Positions 49,534 to 63,163 of a stretch of 64,000 nt of DNA are shown one piece after another. A program made the translations under genes and the position numbers. The notes below the pieces were generated by a model. The model searched no databases. It had not been told where the DNA came from and worked only from the letters and a program-made list of their open reading frames with translations. The first letter of the stretch is position 1; the number at the start of each line of letters is the position of its first letter. Origin of the DNA: Oopsacas minuta. Taxonomy: Eukaryota > Animalia > Porifera. The stretch lies in contig JAKMXF010000199.1 of assembly GCA_024704765.1 (NCBI GenBank), positions 310,001 through 374,000 on the forward strand. The letters run 5' to 3'.

Positions 49534-50869
49534 GAAATTATGCAGTACAATGGTTGCCCTCACAGTACAGCTGCTATGATCTAATCGTAGATTGGACAGA
49601 GAAGAAAGTCATTGAAGTAGGTATCAGATACGTAGGGAATAGGAGATGACGGTGGTAGTTGATTAGAATAGATCAGAGAGTATCGACTCAGACTGGCCGG
49701 TGGTAATATAAGATGTAACTTGTGTTTCGATCAACTTGTAGGAATCACCATCAAGATCGTCGGCAAACACATATCCTGCCTTTGTTGGCTTGGCAAATGG
49801 CGCAGAGGCGTATGAAAAGGACGATTGCTGGACGAAGCACGTGATAGTTGTGGCTCATGAAATACTCATACACCCGTCACGTCCCCTATGACAGAGCTCG
49901 GGATGTGCGGCCACTAACTTATCTCACAGGTCTTAGCTGTAACATGCTCCATGAAGTCCCCAGGATATCACCCTCTTTCACTTACAGGACCTTTACTCCC
50001 TTAGACTCTTCCACAGAATAGCAAAACTTAGTCCTGCGTCAATTGGGATCGTTCATGTTGCAACCATCCTCTTTGTAACTCTCTATAATTACATCTCTCT
50101 CCTCTCTCCTCACCAAATGTAAATTGATTGAGCTAGGGTCTGCTTCGAAAATTTCTTTAGTATTTGACAAAAGGGAAAGTATAATGATTTTATCATGATG
50201 AAACAAACGCAAACAATATTAACATATTTACAGTAACTAGTTAGAAATAGCACAGTAACTGCCACGTGTTCGCACACAAGTGTTTCTATAGGCCTAACAG
50301 CCCAGTAGTGTATATTGATCTGTCATTTCAACGGTTTGGCATATTTCCAGTCAAATGTATATTATGTTAATATTTCCAAGATTTTGTTGTTTCTTGAGTG
50401 TATTTGTGTCAAAGGTACATACTTTCCTGAAGTGTGCTACATTTTGCCACTTGTTGAATTGCAATGAGTCTTATTGGATTGAAATACTATGATTCAAAGC
50501 TGTCTGCCGGATGACATAGCAAGCCACACATGGTTACGCTAGCATTAAATGCATCATTTTTACAAGAATTGTAATATTCTTTGAAATTCCTCAAATAACT
50601 CTTGTAAATGTGTCCGAAATAAAGCCCTTGATTGGAGGAGTATTAGGAGATAACGTGAATTGATGTGTGATCAACCCAAAATAACATTACTAAGACCATA
50701 ATCTTTTCAAATTAGCGGGCAATTGGAGCTACATGATTAATGAAGTTGAAAGTTATACAGTAAATGATCAGGAAGGATAGCTAAGCACTTAAGGTTAAGA
50801 TTAAACATAGATATCACAAATAAGATAAATTTTTAAGCCTGTGTAATTCAACCTCATACATTCTATATA

Positions 50870-52228
50870 ACGGGTGGCCCAAAAAAACAGGCCCCATGAC
50901 GTTTTTACCGCAATTGTACATAATATTTATTTATAGACTAATGATAGTTCACTGTTAATAATCTTAGTAGGTATATAAGTGATGTGCAAAATAATTGCAT
51001 TCAAGCTTAAATATATTCTAAGTTCAGAGGAGATGTTCTAGGTGACCACCACTTTGATTTTTGCATTTTTGCATCCTCAGAACAAAATTTTCCATCACCG
51101 ACTTCAAGACTGATCATTTGATCCCCTTTACCTCATATTTAATCTTCTGCTTTAAATCTGTGATAGTTTTTGGTCTATCCTTGTATACCCTATCTTTTAA
51201 ATAGCCCATAGAAAAAAATCTGGGGACTAAGATCAGGGGAGTAAGGAGGCCAACCAATCTCGCAACGCTTGCTGTCAACATGGTGTTTGAAGTGTTCCTG
51301 AGCCAATTATTAGTGATATTGGCTGTATGAGGTGTAGCACCATCTTGCTAGAACAAGATTTGGGTATATATGTGTGATACCTTGTTTCCAATTCATCCCA
51401 GAATTTATTCAGCACATCAACATACCGTTCCTTCGTGACTGTTACTGTTTGTCCACTTTCCACGAAAAACAGCGGTCCGATAATCCCTTTCATTGAGAGA
51501 GCACACCACACTGTGACTTTTTGTGAGTGCAAGGGCGTTTCATTAACTTCACCAGGTCGTGAAGAGCCCCAAAAGATGTGTTTTTGGAATTCACCTGACC
51601 ATCTAGGTAGAAATGGGCTTCGTCAGTTGTCCAGAATGGGATAAAAAGGATTTGGTGCTCAATTTTCTCCATCGAAACAGTAGTCATCTCTTTTCTCCTT
51701 AATTCATCAGCATGTTTGAGTATTTGGTGTGTCTGAATCTTGTATGGGAAAAGATTAAGATCATATTTAAGTACCCTTTGAAGGGTGGTCCTAGATAAAC
51801 CTAAACATTGAGCTCTCTTTCTAGGTGATGTTTTTGGAGATTGGGCAACAGAATCACGTATATTAGAGATAACGGTCTGATTACGTAGAGTTTTTCTTCC
51901 AGAATGACCTTCCCGAATGTCAGACTTAAATCTAGGTTATTAACAGTCCCTTCAGACTGGAACTTTTTACCCAATCCTGTATTCTAGATTTACAAGGTGC
52001 TTTTTAGGTATCGAATCTGTGCAAAATTCTTCTCGGATCTTCTTGAAAGATCGAGTTTGGAAATAACGCTGGACACACCAAGATCTTTAAATAACACTCC
52101 ATTGTTTCATTTTTTGGAAAGCTAAAGTATCATAAAACAAGGGAACAAAAATATTTGGGTTGGTGTAGGATACATGATTGGGGATTGAAGTTGAAAGTTT
52201 ACGAGCCCGTATTTTTTGGGCCACCCGG
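50870..52228 (-). mobile_element. DD41D/rosa-like mariner-type element, pseudogenised (CDS about 51024-52110)
   Basis: TIR cgggtggcccaaaaaa, TA-flanked. TDEAHF, HSQKVTVWCA, QDGATPH and WPPYSPDL. D-D spacing of about 41 is inferred across frameshifts. Confidence 0.8.
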
Positions 52229-53503
52229 TACATTATAAATCACAATTGACGAATATTTTGTGTGTATACATGGGAAATCAATGTTAAACGTTCTAAGGGG
52301 ATGGATAATGTCTTATACTTATCCTATAAAAATTAAAGCTTCATAACTCATGTATCCACAGATTTTCAGCAAGTATACGAAGACTATAGCTTAGCTAATG
52401 TTGGTATGAAGTCATATCAATTTCACTGTATTTTCTAAATGCTCCTCCAATAAAGTAGGTTATTCTCGAACATATAGACAAGAAGTATTAAACGTTTTCA
52501 AGGATTATACAAACGAAAATTATACATTTTAGGTTAACGGAGCCAAATATTACGATTTCAAAACTATCCTCAGGTGGTCCCATGCGCAATCATTTTTGTG
52601 TATGGGATTAACGGAGGACAGCTTTGAAATCTAGCTATTTTGAAGACAACAAGAACAATCTGATAAGAAAATTGGCAAAATGAAGCACATAAGCAGTACT
52701 CCTAAGAAAGTAATTGCATTGAACAGAATATACAAGGCCTGTCACGATAACCTTGAAATTTGGACAAATTCCTGACATAGGACAAAATCATGACATCACT
52801 GTAACTATTTTGGATTTGAAAATCAGATTATTACTGACTGCACAGCCAATACACATGATTGATAATTGAAATTTGAATCACATATATCCATAATATGCCA
52901 ATGTTCCAAAGTCACCACTTCGAATAATTGCAATATAATTGTTAAATTATTTCATCACGATGACTGTACTAAAATTGAAAATCGAAAAAATTCGAGAATT
53001 TTAGAATATATTTAACACTAGGAGAGTAGTGCCGAGATTGCAAACCAAAATCCAGGGGCAAATTAGCTTCTCGTGACAGCGCGGGAAAAGTTCCCAAAAG
53101 GTTCCAAGCTAGTACCTAATAATTTGACATCATTTGGGGATAGATCCCATTAAAATGGAAGGTGGAAAATGGAATTAAGATAATATAAACTTTTGGCCTA
53201 GTCATCAGATATAAAAGTACGAGCACGCGTAACTAGCGAGCAAAAGTTTTGTGATTCAAGAACACTAGAAATGTATCAAGTAAAATTTTGTCTAGCTTCC
53301 AAAAATAGAATACGAAGATTTGCAGTAGTGTTTCGGCCTGTCTGCGGGTGAGCCCTCCACTTACGTCTATGAGCTCTTTTTCACTGAGGTTTTATAAGAA
53401 ATGGGTTAACTTGAAGAGCGTGCGGAAACCCATTTCGAGGTTTGAAAACTACCACAGAAGAGTTGGAAGGTATGCCTTCATTATGTACAAGGGTTATCCA
53501 ATA

Positions 53504-54284
53504 CTAGGGCGTTCAATAAGTCTTGCGGATGATATCATAGGATATGATACAAACACTATACACACTAATTCACTATATTATATACTCAAAATAATCCCCT
53601 CTTGCAGATACACAAAGTTTTAACATTTCACCCACTTGTAAGACACATTTCTGTATTCTTCTTCGGGAATGGATTTGAAGTACTGGTAAAGACCCGTTCC
53701 GAGTGCCTGTAATGTGTTAAAATCTTTGCCTTGAAGGTAGATTTTAAGCTTGGCGAATAGCCAAAAATCACACGGAGCTAGGTCTGGTGAGTATGGTGGA
53801 TGGGGAAGTGATTCTAACCCTTGCACATCCAAGAAATTTTTGGTTGTCCAAAATTGTTTGGACCCTCTCGATATTACCCCGGGTTTTTGAGGAAGTCGGA
53901 CCACATGGATGAGGGTCATCGTGGAGTTCTTCATCGCCATTATCAAAACGTTCGATCCATCTATATAGATATGGTGGCTTTCGAAGGACATTCATCACCG
54001 AAAACACTATGCATTTCACGAAGAATGTATGAGCCAATCTTCCCTTTTTTGCCACAGGTACCAAATTATTTGTCATTTTCTTTCTTTGCTAAAATCCATT
54101 AGTTGAAAAAGGTAGCCTATACAAATGAAACTTTATACTGAAGAATATGCTAGTAGAGTAGAGAGTATATTGTATAGAAGTTAGACAATCAAGTTAGGCT
54201 TGTAATCTGATAGTAGGCTTAGAGCTGTATTAACTAGAATATGAATTCGATACATTAGTCTTATTACTTATTGAACAACCCTTG
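53504..54284 (-). mobile_element. Internally deleted mariner (DD34D-type)
   Basis: Ends ctagggcgttcaataagt / acttattgaacaacccttg with TA. An N-terminal HTH piece (YRWIERF..DDPHPCGP) joins directly to the C-terminal HPPYSPDLAPCDFWLF. Confidence 0.7.
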
Positions 54285-54599
54285 TAATACATATTTGTCA
54301 ATTATATTAACGGACGACGTCACATCGCACTGAAAATGTATTATATGCGGCTTTTGTGATTTCATACACAAATAACACTTATTTTTAGGATTAAAATGTA
54401 TCAATTTCATATTATCGGCTTTTAAAAAATTTCGCATTAAAATTGTCAAATTCATTTTATCCTTGGCCAAAAGTAGTGATTAGGCCCTACTTTCAGTAGA
54501 CTATGGATTTTCCAATTTACCAAATATACATAAGAAAACTTTTTAAGTAATTTAGCCACTTGAAATGTGTTTTCCAATATATACATTCAACTATGGAGT

Positions 54600-55150
54600 A
54601 AAAGGAGAGAACAAATATTTAGGATAATATTGATATTTGGCTTATCTTTTATGCCAGAAGTACAGTAATTTCAACAGTGGTCAGATATTGAATAATATTT
54701 GTATGATGGAAAGTATTAACAATACTGTGAATCATGGCCCAGGAATATTCAACTTCTATTTGTGAAAGATTTAAACATTTGTCAAGTCTAGATATATAGG
54801 TAAGAATCAAAATATCTAAGAAATAAGATATTACTGGCAGTAATATGATCAAAACCAATCATATCAGCTAATGGTATTTGACTAGTAATTATGGAAGGAT
54901 GTTGTGTTATCAAAGGATAATAATATATTTGCCTATGATTAGAATCAATTTTACGTATGAGGGAGCCAGTGGCATCTAAGAGTAAAATTAAAGGAATTGA
55001 CTTAAATTTATCAATACATACAGTTGCTCTGGCGTAAAAAATATTACGAATGGCTCTCGAACAAGTAATTTAATAGATCCTGGCACATTTCTACCAATGT
55101 CATTTACAGTGTAAACTGTGCATAAAATATGGTCGGTACAATGGTCCTTA
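54600..55150 (-). pseudogene. MULE/Mutator-like DDE transposase remnant
   Basis: LLLDATGSLIRKI..IYYYPLI..IPLADMI..DH, then IEVEYSWAMIHSI, matching the DATG...xDxSWAL pattern of this lineage. Boundaries approximate. Confidence 0.55.
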
Positions 55151-55953
55151 GAAAAAATTTGGTTTAAAAAATACTCCAGTTTAGCTTTTGATAGGCTGAT
55201 ATACTTTTCAAGTCAATTAAGTTACCACCCGCTACGGGCATAATTTTTGAATTATTCAATTGCTTATGAAAATAATTACTAACCCATCTTGATTTACTTC
55301 CACCACCGTTTTGGTAGTTTTCTAACAAGATAGATGTCTAGAATATGGAGTAGAGCCATCATCATGCAAGGAAGATTAGCGACAAAATATTTTTGATATG
55401 TTAGAGATATTAATTTAGACTCTGGAAGATAAATGTTATGAATTATAAGTCGAAATATAAACAAAAGGAAAATATGTATTTTGCTTTGGCAGAGAATAAA
55501 GTTATTGAATAAGAGAGGTTGTAATGCAGTTTGTAATAGCAGAATCAAATAACAGAGAGGATATATCGAGGACTATTTAAGTAAATTAAATTAGTTCAAT
55601 CTCCTGATAATTGTGTAACACCAGCATTATCAGTCACCAATAAATTATCCCACTCAAAACTATTAAAATTAATCCGCCAGAACTATGCAACATTCAATCT
55701 TGTTCACCGAATAACTATACTCAGAACAAAACGAAAGAGAATCAACACATTTAACCTCATGAGAAACGAGTGATCGGCTGTTAATTTATGATTAGAGAAA
55801 TCCATTTCAGAAATGTTAGAGGTATTACACTTTCACAATCTGAACAGCGTACTTCAGATCTATTATTAGGAATAGGCAGGACCTCAGTAGTGTAATTATA
55901 GTAGTCTAGAACCTTCTTAGGAAAAAGTAATTAAGTATCGAGTGAAATATATA

Positions 55954-57261
55954 CAGGGTGGCCCATAAGTTCTGTCCCACAGATAAAAGGTCATAATTTT
56001 GGCAAAACTCCCTGAAATGACTTAAAATCTTAAGACAACAACGTACACATTATTTGGAAAATAATATATTAGGCTTATTCAATATATCCACTTTTTTCTT
56101 AACTACAGCCCTAAGTTGTGAAGGAACCGCCTCTACTGCCATTCGCATGGTTTCCTGGGGGATTTCATTCCAAGCACGTATTGTTGATCGCTTCAGGGCC
56201 TCCAAATTTTTATGGGATTTACAACAAGCCTTTGTTTGTAATATAGACCAAACTGAGAAGTCTAGAGGATTAAGGTCGGGACTAGATGGGGGGGCCATTC
56301 CTGTTTGGAAATAAAGTCAGGAGTTTCGTTGTGAAGCCTGCTTTGAGTGGTATTTGCTGTATGAGCAGGGGCATGTCTTGTTTGAACAAAAAGGGTTCAT
56401 TGTTAAACATCGACTTGCTAAGATCTTTGACTATATGCTTTATAACAAGGTCTTGGTAAGTTTGAGCATTTATTTTTACCCCAGTTGGGATGAAAACTAT
56501 TGGTGTCCGGCCAAGTGAAGATATTCCAGCCCAAACCATAACAGAACATGGTTTCTGTACTCTTTTTACATATCTGTACTCCTCAGGATGGTAGACGCTG
56601 TAGAAGACAATATTCTGTCGTTTTGTTGATTATAAGCTTTCTCTATCGTAAATAATTTCTCATCTGAGAACAAAACATGATCAAGACCTTGGATAGCGAA
56701 CCGGTCAATGAGACTTTTGCTTCTCTTCAGCCTCTTCTCCTTCATTACCTTTGAAAGATAGTGTACTTTAAGTTTTGTAAATGAGGATAAAACCAGGTCT
56801 CTTTCGACAATTCTTTGGAGGGAAGAACGAGATAGCTTGAGCTCCGCAGCCATTTTTTCACCGATCGACTGGGATTTCGCCATACACGACCTCTTACGAT
56901 CTTCCTCATCCTTGTTGTCGTTACAGATGCGGGACGACCAGATCTGGGCTTGTCAGAGACGCTGCCAGTATCTTTATACCTATTAATGGTACGGTATACA
57001 AACTTTTGCCTCGGTTTAGGAACATTGAGAATTTTCAAAATTTCACTTTGATCTTTCCCTTATCGATATAATTCGATAATTGTCAACCTTCCGTTTCCAT
57101 CGAGGAATTTGTCAAGCTAAAACTATGAGATGTTAAGATGAACAGTTTAGAATACTTATAAGACTATATAGAAGCTTGAAAAGCAAAACCAATTACCGAG
57201 CTTTACCATAAAATCTATGGTTATGTATTAAAGTATGGGACAGAACTTATGGGCCACCCTG
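55954..57261 (-). mobile_element. maT/DD37D-type element, pseudogenised
   Basis: TIR cagggtggcccataagttctgtccca with TA TSD; KPRSGRP, FSDEKLF and SPDLNPLDFSVW; several frameshifts. Confidence 0.92.
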
Positions 57262-57921
57262 TAATAGATTGCCACTAATAGATAGATATGTTGGTACGAG
57301 AGGTAACTGGTCAGAAACAGATAAGGGAGATTCCTGGATATGTGAATAAGATTTTTCCTGTATACGGGGTTGAGTGGATAAATCAGAAGGTACTGAACTC
57401 GATGCTAACGAATCAAAGGAACTGATTGGATATATTTCATTTTCTCAGCCAATTGTAATACAATTTGTCCCAGTTCGGTAGACGATTGTTACCATAGAGT
57501 AGTTCACTTATCTTATCCCACATAGATTTTGGATTCCAATGAGAAGTACCAAGAGTGCCTCGAAGAAGTTTTTATGTAAGGCGAATTGATTTTAGCGCGG
57601 AGATAAACTGCAGTAGCTCCACTGGCAAAGACAAGTCTAAAATAGGTGTTTGGTGACACAAGTCCACCATACACGATGGGAAAAGTTGGCAATTGCAGTG
57701 TGTGTTGACAAAAATTGCATACAGCAATCTGGGTTGTTTGATTTAAATCAAAAATCCGAGTTTTATCAAAATATCTTCTTTCAATTCAATATTTTTATGT
57801 TTTTATTATCTTATCAAGCTGATTATGTCCATTTTGCTATTATAAATTTATACCTATCGAAAATCTATTCATTTGACGGCAGGGTTGTTCGATTTAAATA
57901 AAAATAAATGATTTGTACAGT

Positions 57922-58058
57922 CAGGGTCGCTTATTGTGAAACCCTTCATAATGATTTGGTTGGATACAAATCTTATGTAAGCCGAAGAATCGGGACCTGA
58001 GAGGTTGTTCATAATGAACGAATGTTCATATTAAGCTGGTTATTAATAAGCGACCCTG
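57922..58058. mobile_element. 137-bp MITE
   Basis: Perfect 14-bp TIR cagggtcgcttatt, flanked by agt on both sides. Confidence 0.75.
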
Positions 58059-59252
58059 AGTCTATATATATATATATATTTAAACAACCACTTACAAAAG
58101 ATTTATAACTATTAGATTACTACTATCCTTAGCATTTAACAACACTTGATATGGCAGGTAGGAAACAAGATGATATATGGGTCCACTTCGAACGGTATAC
58201 GACAGAAGGAGTTGCTGGCTGGAATGCAAGGTGTAAACTTTGCAAAAAGGAGATGCAGGGGGTGGTCAACCGCCTTAAGCAACATTATTCTTCATGCAGC
58301 ATGCAAGACCATCCCATAATAGCTGAAAATGAATCAATTGATTTAGTAGCCAGATCAACTGCATTATGTGGAGAAGTGCCTGATACAAGTCTTTTTGCTA
58401 AAGAAAAAAGACCTAGGATTACTCATATCGGTGAATATGTCATGAAGACTTCGAAATCAGAGGCAGAATTACTGGATCTCCAAATTGCTCGTTATATTTA
58501 CGCAACTAACACGCCTTTTATAGCTGTTGAACACCCCGAGTTTATGAAACTAATAAAGATGCTACGGCCAGGTTATATACCACCAAATCGCCATGATATA
58601 GGGAATAAACTATTAAATAATGTATAAGGATCTCTCTTGGATACATGCAGAAAAACCCTGGAGGATAAGACAGTCTCCTTATCACTGGATGGATGGAGTA
58701 ACGTACATAATGAACCTGTCGTATGTGTGAGTGCTACAACTGACAAAGGAGAGACTTTCCTTACTGAGACAATTGATACCTCTGGACATAGTCACACATC
58801 AGAATATCTGGCAGAACTTGCTGCAGATGCTATTACTTCCTGTGAGATAAATTTTAGATGTCATGTACGTAACGTTGTAACTGACAACGCAGCCAATATG
58901 GCAAAAATGAGAAGAGATTTACAAAAAAAGATACCGAATGAAATATTGACATAAGGATGCTCTGCTCATTTGTTGAAGCTATTAGCACAAGATGTACAGA
59001 GTACTGGGGTAAAAGAACAAGTTGTCCAGATAGTCAAATATTTTAGACATACACATCTACCTGCAGCTAGATACAAGCAAGCTGGTGGTAATTCTCTTGT
59101 TATCCCACATGAAATTAAATGGAATACTTTGACGGACTGTTTGAAAAGCTATATTTCTAACTGGCATATCCTTGTACAGGTCTGTGAGGAATATCGTGTT
59201 GAGATAAATTCGAACATTGGTAATAAAGTTAAGAATTATTCTATCAAACGTA

Positions 59253-60565
59253 CAGGGTTGGGCATAAGTTCTGCCACATTTTTAAATAACTATATTTTCC
59301 GATTGATATATTGTATTATGTTGAAATTCGGTATGTACTACTAAATATAGTATATAGATTCGCAGATACGTTAATTATTCGATGTATCCTCCTTTTCTTT
59401 CAATTACAGCCTTTAGTCTCTTAGGGAAGGCCTCTACAGCGGCACGGAGTATTTCTTGGGGTATTCTCTCCCAATCTCGACACAAAGACTTTTTCAGAGA
59501 GTCTATATTGGTGTGAGACTTCAAACATGCCCTCGTTTCCAAAATGGACCAGATAGAATAATCCATTGGATTTAAATCGGGGCTGTATGGTGGCCATTCT
59601 TCCTTTTGGATAAAATCTGGATTATTGCTTCGAAGCCAGGCCTGAGTGGCATTCGATGTGTGGGCTGGAGCACCATCTTGTTGGAACACGAAAGGTTTCC
59701 CAGAAAACATAGTTTTAGAGAGATCTTGTATTACAGGTTCTAAAATAAGCTCACGGTAGGTTCGGGTGTCGATTTTTACGCCAGCAGGCACGAATATGAG
59801 TGGTGTCCGGCCAATTGATGATATTCCCGCCCAAACCATGACTGAAAGTGGCTTTTGTATACGACTGACATATCGAAGTTCTTCTGGGATAGAAGAAATT
59901 GAGGATGAGATGATGCGATCATTTTGAGGGTTCGTTGCTTCCTCAATGGTGAATAATTTCTCATCTGAGAACAGGAATGAATTGAGACCATGGATCGCGT
60001 GCCTCTTAAGAAGTCCCTTGCTTCTCGATGCTCTTTTTGCCTTCACTAGGGTCGTGATGTGATGGACTCTCTTTCTCTTGAAAGAGCGCATATGCAAGTC
60101 ATTTTAAACAACTCGTCCGATTGATCTACGTGAAACTCTTAGTTCTTTGGCCATTTTGCTCATTGACCGGCGGGGATTTCGGCGAATTCGTTGACGTACT
60201 ACTTTTTTAAGCCTTTGTGTCGTTACAGACCGTGGACGGCCAGATCTTGGTTTATCAGTAATCCCGCCAGTCACTTCATATCGCTCAATAGTTCGAGTAA
60301 TGAACTTCCTTCTGCTATTAGGGAATTTCAGAAGATTGAAGATTTCTGAAGGATTTTTTCCTGCTTGAAATAATTCAATGATTTTCGACCTCTCTTGCTC
60401 CATGACCAATTATCGCTTCAAAAGGCTAAGATAATATAAAATTTCAGGGAAAGAGTGAAAAATATATATTATAACAAAGTTTGAGCTAAATGACAGATAC
60501 AAATAACTAATGGAATAATTTTTGGCTGGATTATAATATTGTGGCAGAACTTATGCCCAACCCTG
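59253..60565 (-). mobile_element. maT/DD37D element, near-intact (single premature TAA at 60104-60106)
   Basis: Perfect TIR cagggttgggcataagttctgccaca with TA TSD. ORF 60409-59375 in one frame. QQDGAPAH...SPDLNPMD with 37 residues between the Ds. Excision restores the host frame SIKRNAEDL. Confidence 0.95.
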
Positions 60566-61689
60566 TAACGCTGAAGATCTCTTTATTAGATTAAAACCAA
60601 TTTCAGTTGCTCTAGATAGAATTCAAAGGGAAAATGCTATAATTAGCGATACAGTTGAAGTATGGAAAACACTTTATGAGGATCTTCTAAGTTCACAGCA
60701 ACCGGCACATGTACTAAGAAAAGTAGACGAAAGAGCTGCCCAAGCTATTTCTCCAGCACACTATTCTTCGAACTTAATAGACCCAAGGTATAGAGGAAGA
60801 AAACTCACTGAGAAAGAAGCTACCGATGCAATGGAATATATTCATCAGCATCGTCCAAATGCAAACGTTGGGGAAAGATATTACTAAAGTTGCTGAACAA
60901 CTTCTCACCGCAATTGCTTCAAGTACGGGAATTGAACGTATATTATCTACATTTGGATATATACACTCAAAAACTCGCAACCGACTTGGAATTTGAGAAG
61001 GCGGCTAAACTGGTGTTCGTTTATAGGATATTGAACATGAAAAATTAAATTATTCTATTTTCTACACTCTATATTCTACGAGATAGACCACAATTATGCA
61101 TTCATTTATTTATATGTATCAATCTCACAATTCATAAATACGCATACATTATTATAACAAGGACAGGTGATACGGCCGGATGGTTCAGTCAGTTGTCATA
61201 CAAAATCGGATTTAAATTAATAAAAATCCGATTTAAATCAAAAAAATCTGATTTAAATCAAAAAAATCCGACTTTTTTGATTTTTTTAAAAAAATCATGA
61301 TTTTTATCAACCCTGACAGCAATGTTGCAAGAAATTTGCATGAAATAATATTTTTCTTGTAACTTTGTGGTACTTTGTATATTGCCTTGTTGCATGCAAC
61401 AAAGTTCCATTGTGTATGGTGGCTGAATAATATTTCGTAAAATATATTTTAAAATTAGTGATTTTAAAAACTTGAAATGAAGACATGCTTGTTAGACGCA
61501 TAGGATAAACAATAATATCTGAATGGAAGGGAAGAACAGAAATGAAGGTCAAATGATACCAGATTATATTGTGAAATGGAAATGAATCAACGTTGGAATT
61601 GAAAATAAAAGTTGAGATTCAAAGAGTAAATATAAATGATAAGAGTATAAAATATGTGATTGAAATAAACATGACATAAAAATAAGAAA

Positions 61690-61980
61690 ACAAGTCAAAA
61701 TTAGTAAATTTTCCAAATCAGATATTTTAGAAAGGACTTTATATATTGAAAAAATTTTAAACACATAATCCAGCAACCCTCAATAGTATTCGGAAGAAAA
61801 AGTATATCAAAAGAATACTGAGAATTGGTCAAATAACAATTTATATTTGAGACGTTTGGAAAAATATTGAAAACGTTAATGCAAAATCATAACAAATAAT
61901 TGAAAGTATAGTGCTGGTGGAACACGAAAATCCTAAATTCTGATGACATTTTCGTGTTCCAAGAAGACCATACCTCCGAA
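61690..61980. repeat. Dispersed non-coding repeat, partial copy 3
   Basis: ataatccagcaaccctcaatagtattcggaagaaaa...ggtcaaataaca...tgatgacattttcgtg matches 10800-10990. Boundaries approximate. Confidence 0.65.
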
Positions 61981-63163
61981 TTATACTAAATTACTTGATA
62001 TATCTATACAGAATGTTGGTTTAATAAACGATTGAAGTGGACACGCTTATGTTCGAATTGGCTGCTAACTTCCTCCCCTCAAGCATCCTAAACTATTTCC
62101 TAGAAATTTTGAATAGAGCCATAGCAATTACCCTTTAGTTGTCTCACTAACATGAATGAATCAACTTGGGAAGTTAGCTGAAAGATTGAAATTAAAGGCA
62201 TCAGGCTAGTAGATTCTTACAATTGATTTCATAAGAGAAATTTATATACTTGAAACTTGAAACTTCTGGGTATGTGTTCAGTGATAAATCTGGGCATTCT
62301 GCGAAGATTTGTCCGGTCGGATAATTCAGACTGCCAAAACTGGTGATTGCGAAATTTTGGCATGAAAATCTAATCCCGGGAGAGGCTTCATCCAGGGTTG
62401 GCAAACCGCGCACTCTGAGTGTGTATAAAATAAACTTGCCGCACCCTAGTGTATTAAGAACATGGGGATACCGCATGATAAATGTCAAATTTGGCGAAAC
62501 CCATAAATATTTCCCAAAGTCACATTCCTGTGTGAACCCCGCGCATCCAAATATTGGCCTGCCCCGGGACCATTTTTGTGGATTCAAATGGAAAGGGACC
62601 ATATTGGCGGCTAAAGTTTATCATGGAAAGTTTTTATACCTATATATAAGCAAAAGAACGAAACTATATCCAGTGTCAATTAAAGAGTTTCTAGAGTCGT
62701 AGGTAAGTAAATAGAATCGATTAGCGTAGAAAACTAGCATCTACGCTTGGGACAGAAGAGAGAGTTAACTATCATTAGATTTGTTTGGAGATATTTTTCA
62801 TTGTTTATAATAAAACGTACCGCACTGAAAATTTCAGACCAATTGCACCAATTTGCTACAAATTTTTGTGTTGCGTATCAAAGGAGTTTAAAGTAACTCC
62901 AAGTCTAGACAAAATATTAGTTAGAAAGTATCAGTTGTTGTTTCAAGATTAAATCAAGTAACAAAATACTAACGATGGTAAATCTGAATAATGTCAATAT
63001 TGTAAATTCACCACCACCTCACTATAAAATATTATAAGTATCAAAATGTATAGCTAGAAATTATCTAAACATAGTCTAGCTAAACATGGGACATTGAAAA
63101 TAGATCTTGTAGAAAATACTTTTAATTAAGCTATGGAATGTAGAAGCAAGCTTTAAATTCCTA

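Larger units (their letters stand above)
57729..61315 (+). mobile_element. hAT element with BED zinc finger, carrying two insertions
   Basis: Exact 8-bp TSD acagcaat (57721-57728 and 61316-61323); ends ctgggttg / caaccctg; gatttaaatc subterminal repeats. ORF from 58151 (W..F..CKLC..LKQH..C, SLDGWS, VTDNAANM, GCSAH) runs in one frame with stop codons. Confidence 0.92.

Noticed and set aside
50270-50760. Possible Helitron end hairpin and Rep N-terminal remnant
   Set aside because: Only a 4-bp stem and a few scattered residues match; there is no CTRR end in the right position. Not supportable without a profile search.
62201-62702. Overlapping 133-aa and 119-aa ORFs in a GC-richer patch (similarly 36722-37003)
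   Set aside because: Non-ATG starts, no motifs, and open on both strands by composition. Probably non-coding TE interior.
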